A stretch of 64,000 bases of DNA from a virus. Its lineage: Duplodnaviria; Caudoviricetes. This document shows, piece after piece, positions 28,912-38,883 of the stretch. How positions within the stretch are numbered: position 1 is the stretch's first letter; each line of letters opens with the position of its first letter. The stretch is from IMG/VR virus record IMGVR_UViG_3300028832_000097, positions 32,001 through 96,000 of that record; one strand, written 5' to 3'. The notes below the pieces were generated by a model. That model was not told the DNA's origin. It searched no databases and saw only the letters and a list, made by a program, of their open reading frames with translations. Both the position numbers and the translations under genes were made by a program.

Positions 28912-29550
28912 TTATAGAAATGCTGCCTCAATCTCAGAAACTACATAATCTAGATCGTCATCCAAGGTATCAACATCGCAAGATAAATCAGACAACGGTA
29001 CATTGAATTCTTCAACAGTTCCATCTGCCATCGTAACAGAAATTTCAAAACTCTGTTTGTTGAATGAACATTCAACTGAATCGCAGTCAACGTCAGAACC
29101 TATTATAGCATCATTTATCTCCCAGCAGAATTTTTCTACAAATTCAGGAGATGCTGCAGACGATGCTGTAATTGTTGAGCTATTAGTACAACACATTAGT
29201 TCATGCTCTTCAGCTAGTTCAGGGAATCTGTTGCAGAAATCTCTGCATAAAGTATCGTGATCAGATATCCAACCAATTACTTTATCTAATGTGATGTCTT
29301 CTTCAGGAACATCTTGGAAGTAGAAGTTGAAATCATCATAAGCAGTTTCATGTTCCTGTAGCCAACCTACAATGTTATCAATATCTGTTAGCTCGTCATC
29401 TATGAAACCTAAAACAGGTTCTTGATTAGTATCACAGCTGTTGCGCTCGCTTATCTTGAGCTTTTCAGCAGAATCAATCAACCCGGAAGATAATTCATCA
29501 ATTCTACTTTCAAATGCATCAATCATGTCAGTTAAGTTTCCTTTAGGCAT
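28912..29550 (-). CDS. Acidic multi-module protein
   Basis: Duplicated IVGWLQEH/VIGWISDH modules; ITAS linker. Confidence 0.65.
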   Translation of the reverse strand: MPKGNLTDMIDAFESRIDELSSGLIDSAEKLKISERNSCDTNQEPVLGFIDDELTDIDNIVGWLQEHETAYDDFNFYFQDVPEEDITLDKVIGWISDHDTLCRDFCNRFPELAEEHELMCCTNSSTITASSAASPEFVEKFCWEINDAIIGSDVDCDSVECSFNKQSFEISVTMADGTVEEFNVPLSDLSCDVDTLDDDLDYVVSEIEAAFL

Positions 29551-29564
29551 ATTTAAAATCCTCC

Positions 29565-30026
29565 TTAGTATTCATCATCTGAATCGTCATCTTGGTCATA
29601 TCCAATATCATCATCCTCGTCTTCATCTCTCAGGACAAATTCATAAGGACCTGAACAATTATAGATATCACCTTCTGTAGGTTCTGATTCTAGCGAACTA
29701 ACAAAATCTGGTGTTAAAACTCTATCAGCAAGTTCGACAAGCAACTCAGCGTAATCTGACTCATCTACACAATCCTCAATGCCATCTAATATCGATTTAG
29801 TGATAGGAACATATTTAACTAACCAGTTAGCATAAGATGATAGATCATTTGCCCATCCAGCTAAAAGGTGCGTATTATCAAATACGTCACCGTCATTGTA
29901 AAATTTAAAAATCAATTTGTTGATAGCTGTAACCATTTGTGTAGCTTTAGAAGGACCCTGGCCACGAGCAGGTAGATATTCTGATAGCACGTCATCAAAT
30001 TTATTGAAATAACTAGAGCTAATCAT
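29565..30026 (-). CDS. Acidic hypothetical protein
   Basis: Full-length ORF with GGAGG RBS. Confidence 0.65.
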   Translation of the reverse strand: MISSSYFNKFDDVLSEYLPARGQGPSKATQMVTAINKLIFKFYNDGDVFDNTHLLAGWANDLSSYANWLVKYVPITKSILDGIEDCVDESDYAELLVELADRVLTPDFVSSLESEPTEGDIYNCSGPYEFVLRDEDEDDDIGYDQDDDSDDEY

Positions 30027-30030
30027 TTTA

Positions 30031-30909
30031 TTATCCTCCGACAGAAGCTAACTCAGAAGGGAGATCCCAATATTGAGGTTCACCAGATGCATCGTATACA
30101 GGACCTGTAGTAGTTTTGCGAATACGCTGTGTATACTTGAACATATCAACTACTGAAGATTCTCTACCATCAGCCTTAAGTTTTTCATAATCATCTTTGT
30201 AATGAGAAGGTATTACGTTTACAACGTATTGGGAAGGTGTTTCTCTTAATATTCTAAGATATACGTTACGACCCCAATATGGTGAATTCTCCCAATTGTA
30301 TACAAGAATTGCAACGCCCTTATCACCTACAATATCTTCCATATCTGCAGTAGCAAACTGTGAGTCCCAATTTTCATATGCAGGTTTTTCTGGTAAAGGT
30401 TCTCCTTCATTCCAGGTATTAGGAGCTTCTTTATCCAGCAGGTCTTTCCAATCTACATCATTTAGATATTCAAGTGCAAACAATGTTTGTCTCAAGGATT
30501 TCAACTGTGCAGGTGTTGTTGCGCTCAAACCGCTCCACGAACCTGTGTCAGAAACAACATTGCCATTGTAATCAAGTCCGACTTCGTACTCCCATCTGAG
30601 TGCATCATCGTCGCTCCTGTCAGATTCATTACAACGAATTCTAACCTTAACGTATGTGCGCTCACTATCATAAGATGCAGGATATGCAATATCAAATTGT
30701 GCAGAAACCTCAAATCTAAGCGTGTTGAACACTTTCAGATTCTGCATTATTTCTTCTTTGATGGGTTCAGTTATTGCTTCCCTAGCCTCTCGAGCTACTC
30801 GAGATTTTGCTTTATATGCATCTTCATATGCTTGGGACTTCGCATCATAATCAGCTTTGCGCGTTTCAACCTCAATGCGATTTGCACGCTTTGTTGCAGT
30901 AATCTTCAT
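30031..30909 (-). CDS. Hypothetical protein
   Basis: MKITAT start; N-terminal coiled coil. Confidence 0.65.
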   Translation of the reverse strand: MKITATKRANRIEVETRKADYDAKSQAYEDAYKAKSRVAREAREAITEPIKEEIMQNLKVFNTLRFEVSAQFDIAYPASYDSERTYVKVRIRCNESDRSDDDALRWEYEVGLDYNGNVVSDTGSWSGLSATTPAQLKSLRQTLFALEYLNDVDWKDLLDKEAPNTWNEGEPLPEKPAYENWDSQFATADMEDIVGDKGVAILVYNWENSPYWGRNVYLRILRETPSQYVVNVIPSHYKDDYEKLKADGRESSVVDMFKYTQRIRKTTTGPVYDASGEPQYWDLPSELASVGG

Positions 30910-30912
30910 AAA

Positions 30913-31164
30913 TCAATCCTCCTCAAAATCAGATGTTTCCCAAAAATGAGTAGCAAACCAATCATATGCAAGATCCATTGCTTCTTCGGCAGTATGCACA
31001 TCCAAGTAATCTCCCCATTTGTTATGCATCTTGAATGCTACATTACTTAGAGCATTGTAAACCTCAGATTTTAATTCTGCTTGAAACTCATCAAAAGAAC
31101 TATCTAGAGATGCTTTGATAGGTGTTGAGCGCTTAGCGCTTGGGTTGTGTTTCATGATCTTCAT
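30913..31164 (-). CDS. Small protein with basic leader
   Basis: MKIMKHNPSAKRSTPIKAS followed by an acidic body. Confidence 0.65.
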   Translation of the reverse strand: MKIMKHNPSAKRSTPIKASLDSSFDEFQAELKSEVYNALSNVAFKMHNKWGDYLDVHTAEEAMDLAYDWFATHFWETSDFEED

Positions 31165-31168
31165 AGAA

Positions 31169-33847
31169 TCATTCCTCCCCTAACAATAAGTTTAATACTG
31201 TTTCGTTATTAAGATCTAGTTTGTTGTCTACAATATATGTAGACACGCCGTGCTTCTTATACAATAAAGAATGTACTGCATCGTCTACAGTATCCTGTGT
31301 TATTATTGTATGCACTTTAACCGACTTTGTTGTACCTATTCTATATGTTCTGTCTTCAGCCTGTTCCTTGTCAGAAGGCGTCCAGGGTTCATCATAGAAT
31401 ATAACAGTAGACGCGGCAGTAAATGTATGTGTAGTACCGGCTGCACCTATTGTGCCTAGAAGTACCTTATAATCTGGATTGGTTTGAAAAACACGTTTGT
31501 GTTTCTGCCGATCTGATTCACTCATTGTTCCAGTAAAACAACAAGTTTTGTACTTCTTTGATACGAATTTATATAAGGTTCTGAGCGGTTCTACCCAGTT
31601 AGAAAATACTATTACTTTCTCGCCGTTGCTAATAGCATCATCTAGAAGTTCCATTAACTTCTGCAACTTTGCATTGTACTTTATATAGTGATCATTAACT
31701 TGTAAAGAAGCATCTATAATTTCCGGAGAGCCATTAACTTGTCGCAATCTGATGAAACTAATATCAGGGTGGTTTAATCTTACCGCTTCTGCCTTTTGCT
31801 TTGCTAACTCGGCTCGGATCTGACGATACAGTTTCTGTTGATAATCAGTATTTTCTACATATTCTGTATAGTAGATTTTAGGTGGAAGATCCAGTACATC
31901 ATCTTTGCGCCTTCTTATCATGTTATCTTGAAGCAAAGATTTCAGATAAGGTATGTTCTTATATCCTACTACTTCATAGTCACCATATCCGCCAAATATA
32001 CAGAAATTCTCAGACCATTGATAATAGCTTTTGAAATTGTGCCCACCAACTAATCGGAGTGGTAGAAATACATCAGTAGGTCGATTTACTATAGGTGTGC
32101 CTGTCATTGGTATCCAAGTTATTGTTTTAGTTTGACTTTTGTATATTCTAAGTAGCTGTTTACCTTGTTGAGAAGTATGTGAAGTGTTTTTGTGCACCTC
32201 ATCTACAGCAATCATACCAATCTCACCATTATTGATTAACTTGATGATTTGATCCGCAATGGGGAAAGTTTTGCCTACTTTGTATCTAAGAGATTCTATA
32301 TTAGTAATTAGGAAGAATGGAGCATCTTCATCTTCACCATATTTCTTCAGAGTTTGCAAATCTTCAAGTTTCTTAGCAGTTTCAGTATCATATCTAATCG
32401 TTCCATTTCGCTTGTATCGGCTGCCTAAAATATATCCTTCATACTCTCCTCGAGTATGCTCTTCAATATCTTCCTTCCAATTATACTTTGAAGAATTAAC
32501 GCAACATAATATGAGGCAATGTTTGATATGATATTGCTTTTTGTTGTAGATAGCCAAATTCATTACTTCTAGCGTTTTTCCGCAATTATGCACAATCATG
32601 TTGTTACAAATAAAATTATGTATGGTAGGATGATCAATACTAATGTCCCAAACATGCTGCAAATTACAAGCTTCAATGGATACAATAGGTGATAACTTTG
32701 GCACTAAATAAGTACGCTTACCTTTACGCTCAATGTAATCCAAATTGGTGTTGTACTGCGGAAGATTCTGTGTATAAGTGTCTTGATGCAACATAGCATG
32801 TTCATGATGTGTTACCAGCTCTAGATTTTCAATGCGATTATCTGTTTTTATCCCGTTCTTATGATGAATAGCTTCAACTTTAATATCAACAACGTGTCCT
32901 GTATGCTCATACCACACTTGATGGTGTTCATACACACCCATACCAGAAGTTTTTCTATATGTAGGCATATCACGCGTAGCTTCACCAAATAATCTAACAT
33001 ATCCGTCTTCATCAATTTTCTTAATTAACCCATTGTATTTAGTACCGTTGCGAGATTCATACATACAAGACCTGCAGTATCCATAAAATTTAGCATGAGG
33101 ATAAGATATTAGATTATCCGTAGCACCGCACAAGGGACAAGCTGCTTGTCCATTTGTGAATACTTTATCGCCAACAGTTAACTCTCCTGCAGCTATCCAC
33201 CCCCTATCAGTATAAATAAGATGATCTGCAGTACATTCCAAGGATGTGTCAGCAGTAGTTAACTTGATAGTAGATTTATATCCTTGATCTAAAACCCGGT
33301 TAATAGGTAAATATAAGAATTGCCCATTGGCCATGCATTTTATCTGAATAGTAGGATCTGCAGATAACAGACGATTAAGTGTAACAATTGTAACACGTCG
33401 CGTTGCAGGTTTCCCTTGTTCCTTTATGCATACTTCGCTATTGCCTGCAACACACCCTTGCTCATCCGCAAGGATAAATCCTCGCATGTTGCCTCTGAGC
33501 TGTCGATCAATTGCGAATTTCATGAAGTCTATCTGATGTGAATAGAGCTCACTACCTTCCTTGACATACATAGGTATCCTAGATATGTCAATATCAGGAA
33601 TTTTCAAAGTAGAATCTACTGTGCTGTTTATGTTGATTTCTTCATCAGAATGAATATCAAGTGAATTTTCATAGTTAGTCCCTCTAACCTGGTTCACTAG
33701 AAATCCTAATCTATCCTTTGGAATTGTCCAAACCTTCTTATCCGGTACCCAAGTACGTCCTGGTACCTGTTTAAGAATTTCGATAAATTGTACATCATAT
33801 CGAAATTTTAATTCGTATACATCATCATTTTGTACTACTGCAATCAT
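31169..33847 (-). CDS. HARP-domain SNF2-family helicase containing an intein
   Basis: N-terminal HARP-like FRYD...GRTW..KKVW; LADEQG[intein]CGKT, DEVH, TGTP, QAEDRTYRIG. Confidence 0.9.
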   Translation of the reverse strand: MIAVVQNDDVYELKFRYDVQFIEILKQVPGRTWVPDKKVWTIPKDRLGFLVNQVRGTNYENSLDIHSDEEININSTVDSTLKIPDIDISRIPMYVKEGSELYSHQIDFMKFAIDRQLRGNMRGFILADEQGCVAGNSEVCIKEQGKPATRRVTIVTLNRLLSADPTIQIKCMANGQFLYLPINRVLDQGYKSTIKLTTADTSLECTADHLIYTDRGWIAAGELTVGDKVFTNGQAACPLCGATDNLISYPHAKFYGYCRSCMYESRNGTKYNGLIKKIDEDGYVRLFGEATRDMPTYRKTSGMGVYEHHQVWYEHTGHVVDIKVEAIHHKNGIKTDNRIENLELVTHHEHAMLHQDTYTQNLPQYNTNLDYIERKGKRTYLVPKLSPIVSIEACNLQHVWDISIDHPTIHNFICNNMIVHNCGKTLEVMNLAIYNKKQYHIKHCLILCCVNSSKYNWKEDIEEHTRGEYEGYILGSRYKRNGTIRYDTETAKKLEDLQTLKKYGEDEDAPFFLITNIESLRYKVGKTFPIADQIIKLINNGEIGMIAVDEVHKNTSHTSQQGKQLLRIYKSQTKTITWIPMTGTPIVNRPTDVFLPLRLVGGHNFKSYYQWSENFCIFGGYGDYEVVGYKNIPYLKSLLQDNMIRRRKDDVLDLPPKIYYTEYVENTDYQQKLYRQIRAELAKQKAEAVRLNHPDISFIRLRQVNGSPEIIDASLQVNDHYIKYNAKLQKLMELLDDAISNGEKVIVFSNWVEPLRTLYKFVSKKYKTCCFTGTMSESDRQKHKRVFQTNPDYKVLLGTIGAAGTTHTFTAASTVIFYDEPWTPSDKEQAEDRTYRIGTTKSVKVHTIITQDTVDDAVHSLLYKKHGVSTYIVDNKLDLNNETVLNLLLGEE
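32585..33454 (-). mobile_element. Intein (290 aa) with HNH homing endonuclease
   Basis: Begins CVAG, block B TADH, ends IVHN|C; internal YEHH..W...HHKNGIKTDNRIENL. Confidence 0.9.
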
Positions 33848-34149
33848 ATACGCACAAATGTATATCCGCTACGCTTCTTGCCGGTCTTCAAACTATCACT
33901 GACCTGTGCAGGGTCAATGCTATATGCTTTAGCAGCATCTGATTGTTTTTGGAAAATTTCACCAGTCTCGACACACTGTATTTGAGGTAACCGTCTATTC
34001 ATTGCCGCAGCAAGACTAATTATCTTGCCGTCTAACCTAAATTTGTATCCATTCTCTGACATCTGTTTCATATATGAATACGGAATATACTCCTCATAGA
34101 TAGTTGACATCTTGCACTGACCATCTGGACCAATAACCTCAAATTTCAT
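33844..34149 (-). CDS. NUMOD1/IENR1-like HTH protein
   Basis: CVETGEIF....AAK...I...V...L..G...GYTF. Confidence 0.6.
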   Translation of the reverse strand: MKFEVIGPDGQCKMSTIYEEYIPYSYMKQMSENGYKFRLDGKIISLAAAMNRRLPQIQCVETGEIFQKQSDAAKAYSIDPAQVSDSLKTGKKRSGYTFVRI

Positions 34150-34293
34150 GTTAACATTCTCCTAAATAAACTATAATTAACGCGAAAAGTAACACTAAGA
34201 TCACCAATTGAAGTTTGATTACATACTTAGGTAACTTGTGCATACAATAACGATCCACCTTCTATACATTTCGCAACAACAATAACGATGCAC

Positions 34294-34324
34294 AAAAAAG
34301 CTGCAAGGTGTTACCCTTGCAGCA
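34294..34324 (-). terminator. Rho-independent terminator
   Basis: GCTGCAAGG/CCTTGCAGC stem plus T run. Confidence 0.8.
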
Positions 34325-34352
34325 GTGGAGGTACTTATCACGAAAGATGATA

Positions 34353-34787
34353 TCAGATATCAGAAGTTCTTGCAAAACCAAATGCAAATCCATCTTGACC
34401 TGCAACTTTAAAAGCGACCTTTGTAAAGTCACTGCTTGATGCAGACTCAATTATGATTACTGCACCGGAAATAGTTGTAAGATAGAAATCTACATTAGGT
34501 ACTTTATAGAGCTTTAGGTTGTCTACAACTTTAGAACTAGAAGCTTTCTCAGACTTCTTCTCCTCTACAGGTGCTGCAACCTCTTCTACCTTTTCTGCTT
34601 TCTTGGATTTCTTAGCCGGTTTAGGCTCTTCTACAGGTGCTTCGTCAGCTACCTCTGCAACTTCAGGCTCTGCGACAGGTGCTTCTGCAACAGCTTCCTC
34701 TGCAGGTGCTTCAGCTGCTAAAACTTCCTCTGCAGGAGATTCAACGATCTGCTCAGATTCATCAACAGTCTTTTTTGCTCTTGCCAT
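34353..34787 (-). CDS. Ala/Glu/Pro-rich low-complexity protein
   Basis: AEAPAEE repeats; GGAGG RBS; AACCTT motif at 34890-34895. Confidence 0.65.
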   Translation of the reverse strand: MARAKKTVDESEQIVESPAEEVLAAEAPAEEAVAEAPVAEPEVAEVADEAPVEEPKPAKKSKKAEKVEEVAAPVEEKKSEKASSSKVVDNLKLYKVPNVDFYLTTISGAVIIIESASSSDFTKVAFKVAGQDGFAFGFARTSDI

Positions 34788-34802
34788 TGTTAATATTCCT
34801 CC

Positions 34803-35231
34803 TTAATGAATATAATCCCAGAGCAACTTTGTTAATATGCGTACTCGGGAATACTTATGTGAGTCTAATTGTGAATTGTATATGTATGTAAGGTTGTGTA
34901 CGTGCATACTGCTATTTATACTGGCGAGTACGCTGTTTCTCACATCAATGTCATAGATATCATTTAACCATAACCGTATACGCTCATCACGTTTTTCGGA
35001 TTCTGATTTATAATTTATTATAGATCGTGGTTTATCACCAGTTAACAACCACGAGAGCGCCTCCGCATGAGATATATTACCGCAATACAGATTAGATAGT
35101 GCACGGGCCTGAGCGCCAATGATACTAACTGCACCATATTTACCTACAGCTTCGCATACTTGTGTATAATATTCGTTGTTTGTCCAATAATCCATATTTC
35201 CGCGCACATAGTAATTAAAGGAATGTATCAA
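34803..35231 (-). CDS. Hypothetical protein
   Basis: ORF track; start uncertain. Confidence 0.5.
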   Translation of the reverse strand: MIHSFNYYVRGNMDYWTNNEYYTQVCEAVGKYGAVSIIGAQARALSNLYCGNISHAEALSWLLTGDKPRSIINYKSESEKRDERIRLWLNDIYDIDVRNSVLASINSSMHVHNLTYIYNSQLDSHKYSRVRILTKLLWDYIH

Positions 35232-35592
35232 TGTTATCAGTTACTTCTGGAAAATGATCTTTAGTAAATTTAACGAGTCGCTTATGAAATTCGTCTACGT
35301 TAGTAATGTGTTTTTCCGGTTCAATTCCGCGATTTCCTTCACCGGGTAAAAGAAATGTAATATCAGAATACCCACCATCGGCATCTTCTAGATATCGAAC
35401 CTTGAACAAGACCTTAGACTTATCTATAGGTACACCGGCTCGATTACACGGCATGACCTTTGCAACAATATGACCATCTGAAGTTATCTCAGGAGTATCC
35501 AACAAGAATCCGCCCTTCTTTAGTTGATATGAAAGTTTATTGAATCCTTGTCTAAGTTGCTTGATAGTTTTGGTTAGTGCAGTTAATGACAT
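35215..35592 (-). CDS. Hypothetical protein
   Basis: AGGAG RBS. Confidence 0.55.
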   Translation of the reverse strand: MSLTALTKTIKQLRQGFNKLSYQLKKGGFLLDTPEITSDGHIVAKVMPCNRAGVPIDKSKVLFKVRYLEDADGGYSDITFLLPGEGNRGIEPEKHITNVDEFHKRLVKFTKDHFPEVTDNIDTFL

Positions 35593-35612
35593 CTTTATGC
35601 TCCTATAATAGA

Positions 35613-35653
35613 GTAACAGCCGGGCCCTGAAACATCCAGAACTCGGCTGTTAC
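35613..35653 (-). terminator. Stem-loop, probable terminator
   Basis: GTAACAGCCG/CGGCTGTTAC inverted repeat. Confidence 0.55.
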
Positions 35654-35677
35654 AATTATTCAAAAGGCAGATAAAAA

Positions 35678-36082
35678 TTACTTTCTAATAGCCCTTCTAG
35701 CAGCTCTACGAGCAGCTGTTGAAGCTTTAACAGCTCTGCGAGCAGTTCCCTTTGTAGAAGCCTTGATAGCCTTCTTACCAAGAACCTTTGTAGAAGCTTC
35801 GAGGAGCTCCTCATCACCTTCAGGTGATACTGTGAACTCGTCCTCGCCTACTGCGAATGTAACAGTGCCGTCATCCTCAACTGTAACGTCAACAGGCTCA
35901 CCAGCGATCTCAGCTACGAGCTCAGCAACATCCTCAGTCTCGAAAAGAAGCTCTGTAGCAGCTTCGTCAACTGTGATTTCGTCCTCTTCGATGTCTACGT
36001 CTACATCCTCAACAGGTGCATCAACATTAACATCAATCTCTTCATCTGCAACGATACGCTTACGATTCTTTGAAATGAACAT
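35678..36082 (-). CDS. Acidic protein with basic Ala/Arg tail, candidate head core protein
   Basis: D/E-rich body; tail AIKASTKGTARRAVKASTAARRAARRAIRK. Confidence 0.55.
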   Translation of the reverse strand: MFISKNRKRIVADEEIDVNVDAPVEDVDVDIEEDEITVDEAATELLFETEDVAELVAEIAGEPVDVTVEDDGTVTFAVGEDEFTVSPEGDEELLEASTKVLGKKAIKASTKGTARRAVKASTAARRAARRAIRK

Positions 36083-36128
36083 TGTAGTAATCTCCTTATA
36101 CTTATTTTTTTTATAGTTGTATACTTAT

Positions 36129-36839
36129 TTAGTTAAGAACAACAAGCTTCTGCTTATGTGTTTCTAACTCTTGTCTAATAGCTTCAAGTTCCGCATTAGC
36201 TTCGGCTAATAATGCTTCGCCATCTAAAGATACATTAGACCCTTCTACTGTATATTTAGATCTTGCTCGACCTAAAGCTTTTTTCAAATTTGCTTCGCTC
36301 ATCCTGACTAGATAGTTTATCCAAGTTTCATTCTGTATTTCAGATACATCTTGATAATCGGGTACATATCTAATTGTGACAGAAGCAGGCCTAGGATCTC
36401 TGTGAGTAATATAAACCACATCATTATGTGGATCATATTTCCATTGAAAGTCTGTGCTTAATGTATTTCTAACTTGTGCCATCGCCATCTCGGTCATAAT
36501 TGGGTCGATATTCAACGACGATGTATTTCCTATAGCACTATAGACGTTGACTGATGCAGCAACTTGAAATACATTGCCGCTATCAATAGAGCTCATTGTC
36601 AGACCTAATCTTGGAATTGCAGCTTGTACGTACAGTACTTGTTTAGTTACAATTCCTGCATCTTTAAGAACAATTCTGGTACTAAAAGGTACTGTCTTTT
36701 CTACAGGATCTCTCATGTACCGTTTGAGTTCTCTAAACGCAATTAAAACTGCTTTCTCAGGATCTAAGCATTCTACATTATCTACAGCAGGTTGCCCTAA
36801 CATGAATGTAACTTGATCTACGATCTCTGCCATATCCAT
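36129..36839 (-). CDS. Neck protein (T4 gp13-like)
   Basis: C-terminal LGRARSKY...LDGEALLAEA..ELE.L pattern of gp13-type adaptors. Confidence 0.6.
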   Translation of the reverse strand: MDMAEIVDQVTFMLGQPAVDNVECLDPEKAVLIAFRELKRYMRDPVEKTVPFSTRIVLKDAGIVTKQVLYVQAAIPRLGLTMSSIDSGNVFQVAASVNVYSAIGNTSSLNIDPIMTEMAMAQVRNTLSTDFQWKYDPHNDVVYITHRDPRPASVTIRYVPDYQDVSEIQNETWINYLVRMSEANLKKALGRARSKYTVEGSNVSLDGEALLAEANAELEAIRQELETHKQKLVVLN

Positions 36840-36880
36840 ATCAAGGTCAACCTCCTAGAAGATAAATGTGTTTTAGATTA

Positions 36881-37633
36881 TCAGGCCTCAGGTGCAAGAA
36901 CTAACTGACTCAAATCAATTGTTTGAGTTGTTTCTTTACCTTCAAAAGTTGTAATGATTTTGAAAGTAAACTCATCAGTAACGATCCATACACCATTGAG
37001 ATCCTCATCTAGCTCAGTCGGATTTTTGATCCCTGCTTTAACAGTAACACCTTCAGGTACATTACCAAACTGTAACGCGATGAAGTTGCCAGGCATTCCA
37101 AATGCATCTACTACGTCACCTTCAGATACATAATTAAGTGTTCCAGTTGCTACACCATCTTTGATCGTGATTGACTGCAGGTCTGCAGGATTGATATTAT
37201 AACTATCAACATGCAATATAGATGTTGCAGGTTGCGCGGAGATATTGATAACCAATTCCCCATACTCTTTATCACCAATCTTTGTGTAGTAGCCTTGATC
37301 AGCTAAATTAGTAGCCATCTGTGACCAATAAAGCTCTTCTTCATATCCACTGATTTCAAATGCAACGCCTTTATTGTAGCCACCTACTAATTGTGTATTA
37401 GCATAACTGATTACAGCGCGTTCAAATTGAGCAAATTTAGCATTAGTTGATGCCATAGGCAATAACCCTGCAAGCTTTCCCCAACCTTCTACATTAGTAT
37501 CATAGATAGTACCTGCATAAATAGCAGAATCTACATATGAATCATCAGGGAGAAAAATCCTAGCGATATTGGAACCAACCCGGATAATTTGTTTGATAGG
37601 TCCGTTGTATATGATTTTTACGTCGGTTGCCAT
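36881..37633 (-). CDS. Putative virion structural protein, paralog of 37645-38055 with extra beta-rich C-terminus
   Basis: Shares about 125 aa with the upstream gene. Confidence 0.55.
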   Translation of the reverse strand: MATDVKIIYNGPIKQIIRVGSNIARIFLPDDSYVDSAIYAGTIYDTNVEGWGKLAGLLPMASTNAKFAQFERAVISYANTQLVGGYNKGVAFEISGYEEELYWSQMATNLADQGYYTKIGDKEYGELVINISAQPATSILHVDSYNINPADLQSITIKDGVATGTLNYVSEGDVVDAFGMPGNFIALQFGNVPEGVTVKAGIKNPTELDEDLNGVWIVTDEFTFKIITTFEGKETTQTIDLSQLVLAPEA

Positions 37634-37644
37634 ATCATGTTACC

Positions 37645-38055
37645 TCACGCGGGCTCAATGCCGTACTTATTGCTACCAACTTCGATGTAGAAGCCCTGCT
37701 GCCACATATTAGCAGCAATCTGATTCCAATAGAGCTCATCCTCATATCCGTCGATGCTGAATGTGATTCCATCATCGCCTGCAAGAATAGCCTGCTCGAA
37801 CTCAGCAAACTTAACTGTTGTAGATGCCATAGGTGCAAGACCTGCAAGAGCGCCAAGACCCTCTACGTTTGTAGCGTAGATGGACTTACCGTATGTACCC
37901 TCATCACCTACTGCGTCTGCGTTAGCGTAGCCCTCAACAAATACTGCAGAATCAACATAAGAATTGTTAGGAACAAAAATTCTTGAGATGCTGGAACCTG
38001 CACGTACAATGTCAACAACTGTGCCTGTGTAAATAATCTTTACAGTAGTAGCCAT
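37645..38055 (-). CDS. Putative virion structural (decoration-like) protein
   Basis: AGGAGG RBS, AACCTT motif at 38120-38125, next to the neck gene. Confidence 0.5.
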   Translation of the reverse strand: MATTVKIIYTGTVVDIVRAGSSISRIFVPNNSYVDSAVFVEGYANADAVGDEGTYGKSIYATNVEGLGALAGLAPMASTTVKFAEFEQAILAGDDGITFSIDGYEDELYWNQIAANMWQQGFYIEVGSNKYGIEPA

Positions 38056-38259
38056 GTAATAGCTCCTCCTTCTTGTAATAATATAGATATCTCACCCTCT
38101 ATTTATTACAATTTCATATAAGGTTAGGTAACTTAAGTGGGATTCCACATATGAAACATCTATCAGGTTCACCAGAAACAATTTTAGTTCTATTTTTACA
38201 GATAGGGCACTGTAATTCTTTATAAGACACGCCTGATGTAGTCTTATTGATACTCAAAA

Positions 38260-38424
38260 TCACCCATTGGTATGGTACATCCATCTATGCTCCTCATTTA
38301 TGTGTTGTTGTATTGTATATACTAGTTCATACGGATCAGATTCTGAAAGGATGACCATACCAATAGATGCTGCAAAGAACAATATTAGTAACCATATTAT
38401 TACAGCATCTTGGATCAATTTCAT
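38260..38424 (-). CDS. Small membrane protein
   Basis: MKLIQDAVIIWLLILFFAASIG; start refined. Confidence 0.5.
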   Translation of the reverse strand: MKLIQDAVIIWLLILFFAASIGMVILSESDPYELVYTIQQHINEEHRWMYHTNG

Positions 38425-38425
38425 A

Positions 38426-38599
38426 TTAGATAGATTCAGTCTCAGGCATCGCAATAGGAACTCGATATTCAATATCTGCACCACAATTAGCACAATGGCA
38501 TACATGCACAATACCAGCACCATCATATCCATAATCTTCAAAATCAAAATCGTTGTCCCATATTACAGATTTATTTCCGCAATGAAAACATTCATACAT
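38426..38599 (-). CDS. Small Zn-ribbon protein (57 aa)
   Basis: Manual translation MYECFHCG...CANCG; GAGG RBS. Confidence 0.6.
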   Translation of the reverse strand: MYECFHCGNKSVIWDNDFDFEDYGYDGAGIVHVCHCANCGADIEYRVPIAMPETESI

Positions 38600-38617
38600 A
38601 GTTAATTTACCTCACTG

Positions 38618-38866
38618 TTAATTTTCCGGTGTAACGGGATCAGATGTAGAACCAGGATCGTCTGTTGTAAATTGTGTATCCATGTGCTCAGCGAGCTCTA
38701 GTATACTTATTGCAAATATTCTCAACATCTTTATAGGATCTCGATGTTTAGCAACTGCAATACCGGTGATAGTTTGTACACAAGATAATTCAAGGTCCTC
38801 TATAGTTTTAGCTAAACTTATTCGGTCTAAATTATCTAGTATGTCCCTAAATTCATCGTCAGTCAT
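38618..38866 (-). CDS. Hypothetical protein
   Basis: ORF track; AAGG RBS. Confidence 0.55.
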   Translation of the reverse strand: MTDDEFRDILDNLDRISLAKTIEDLELSCVQTITGIAVAKHRDPIKMLRIFAISILELAEHMDTQFTTDDPGSTSDPVTPEN

Positions 38867-38883
38867 AATAGATTACCTTATAA

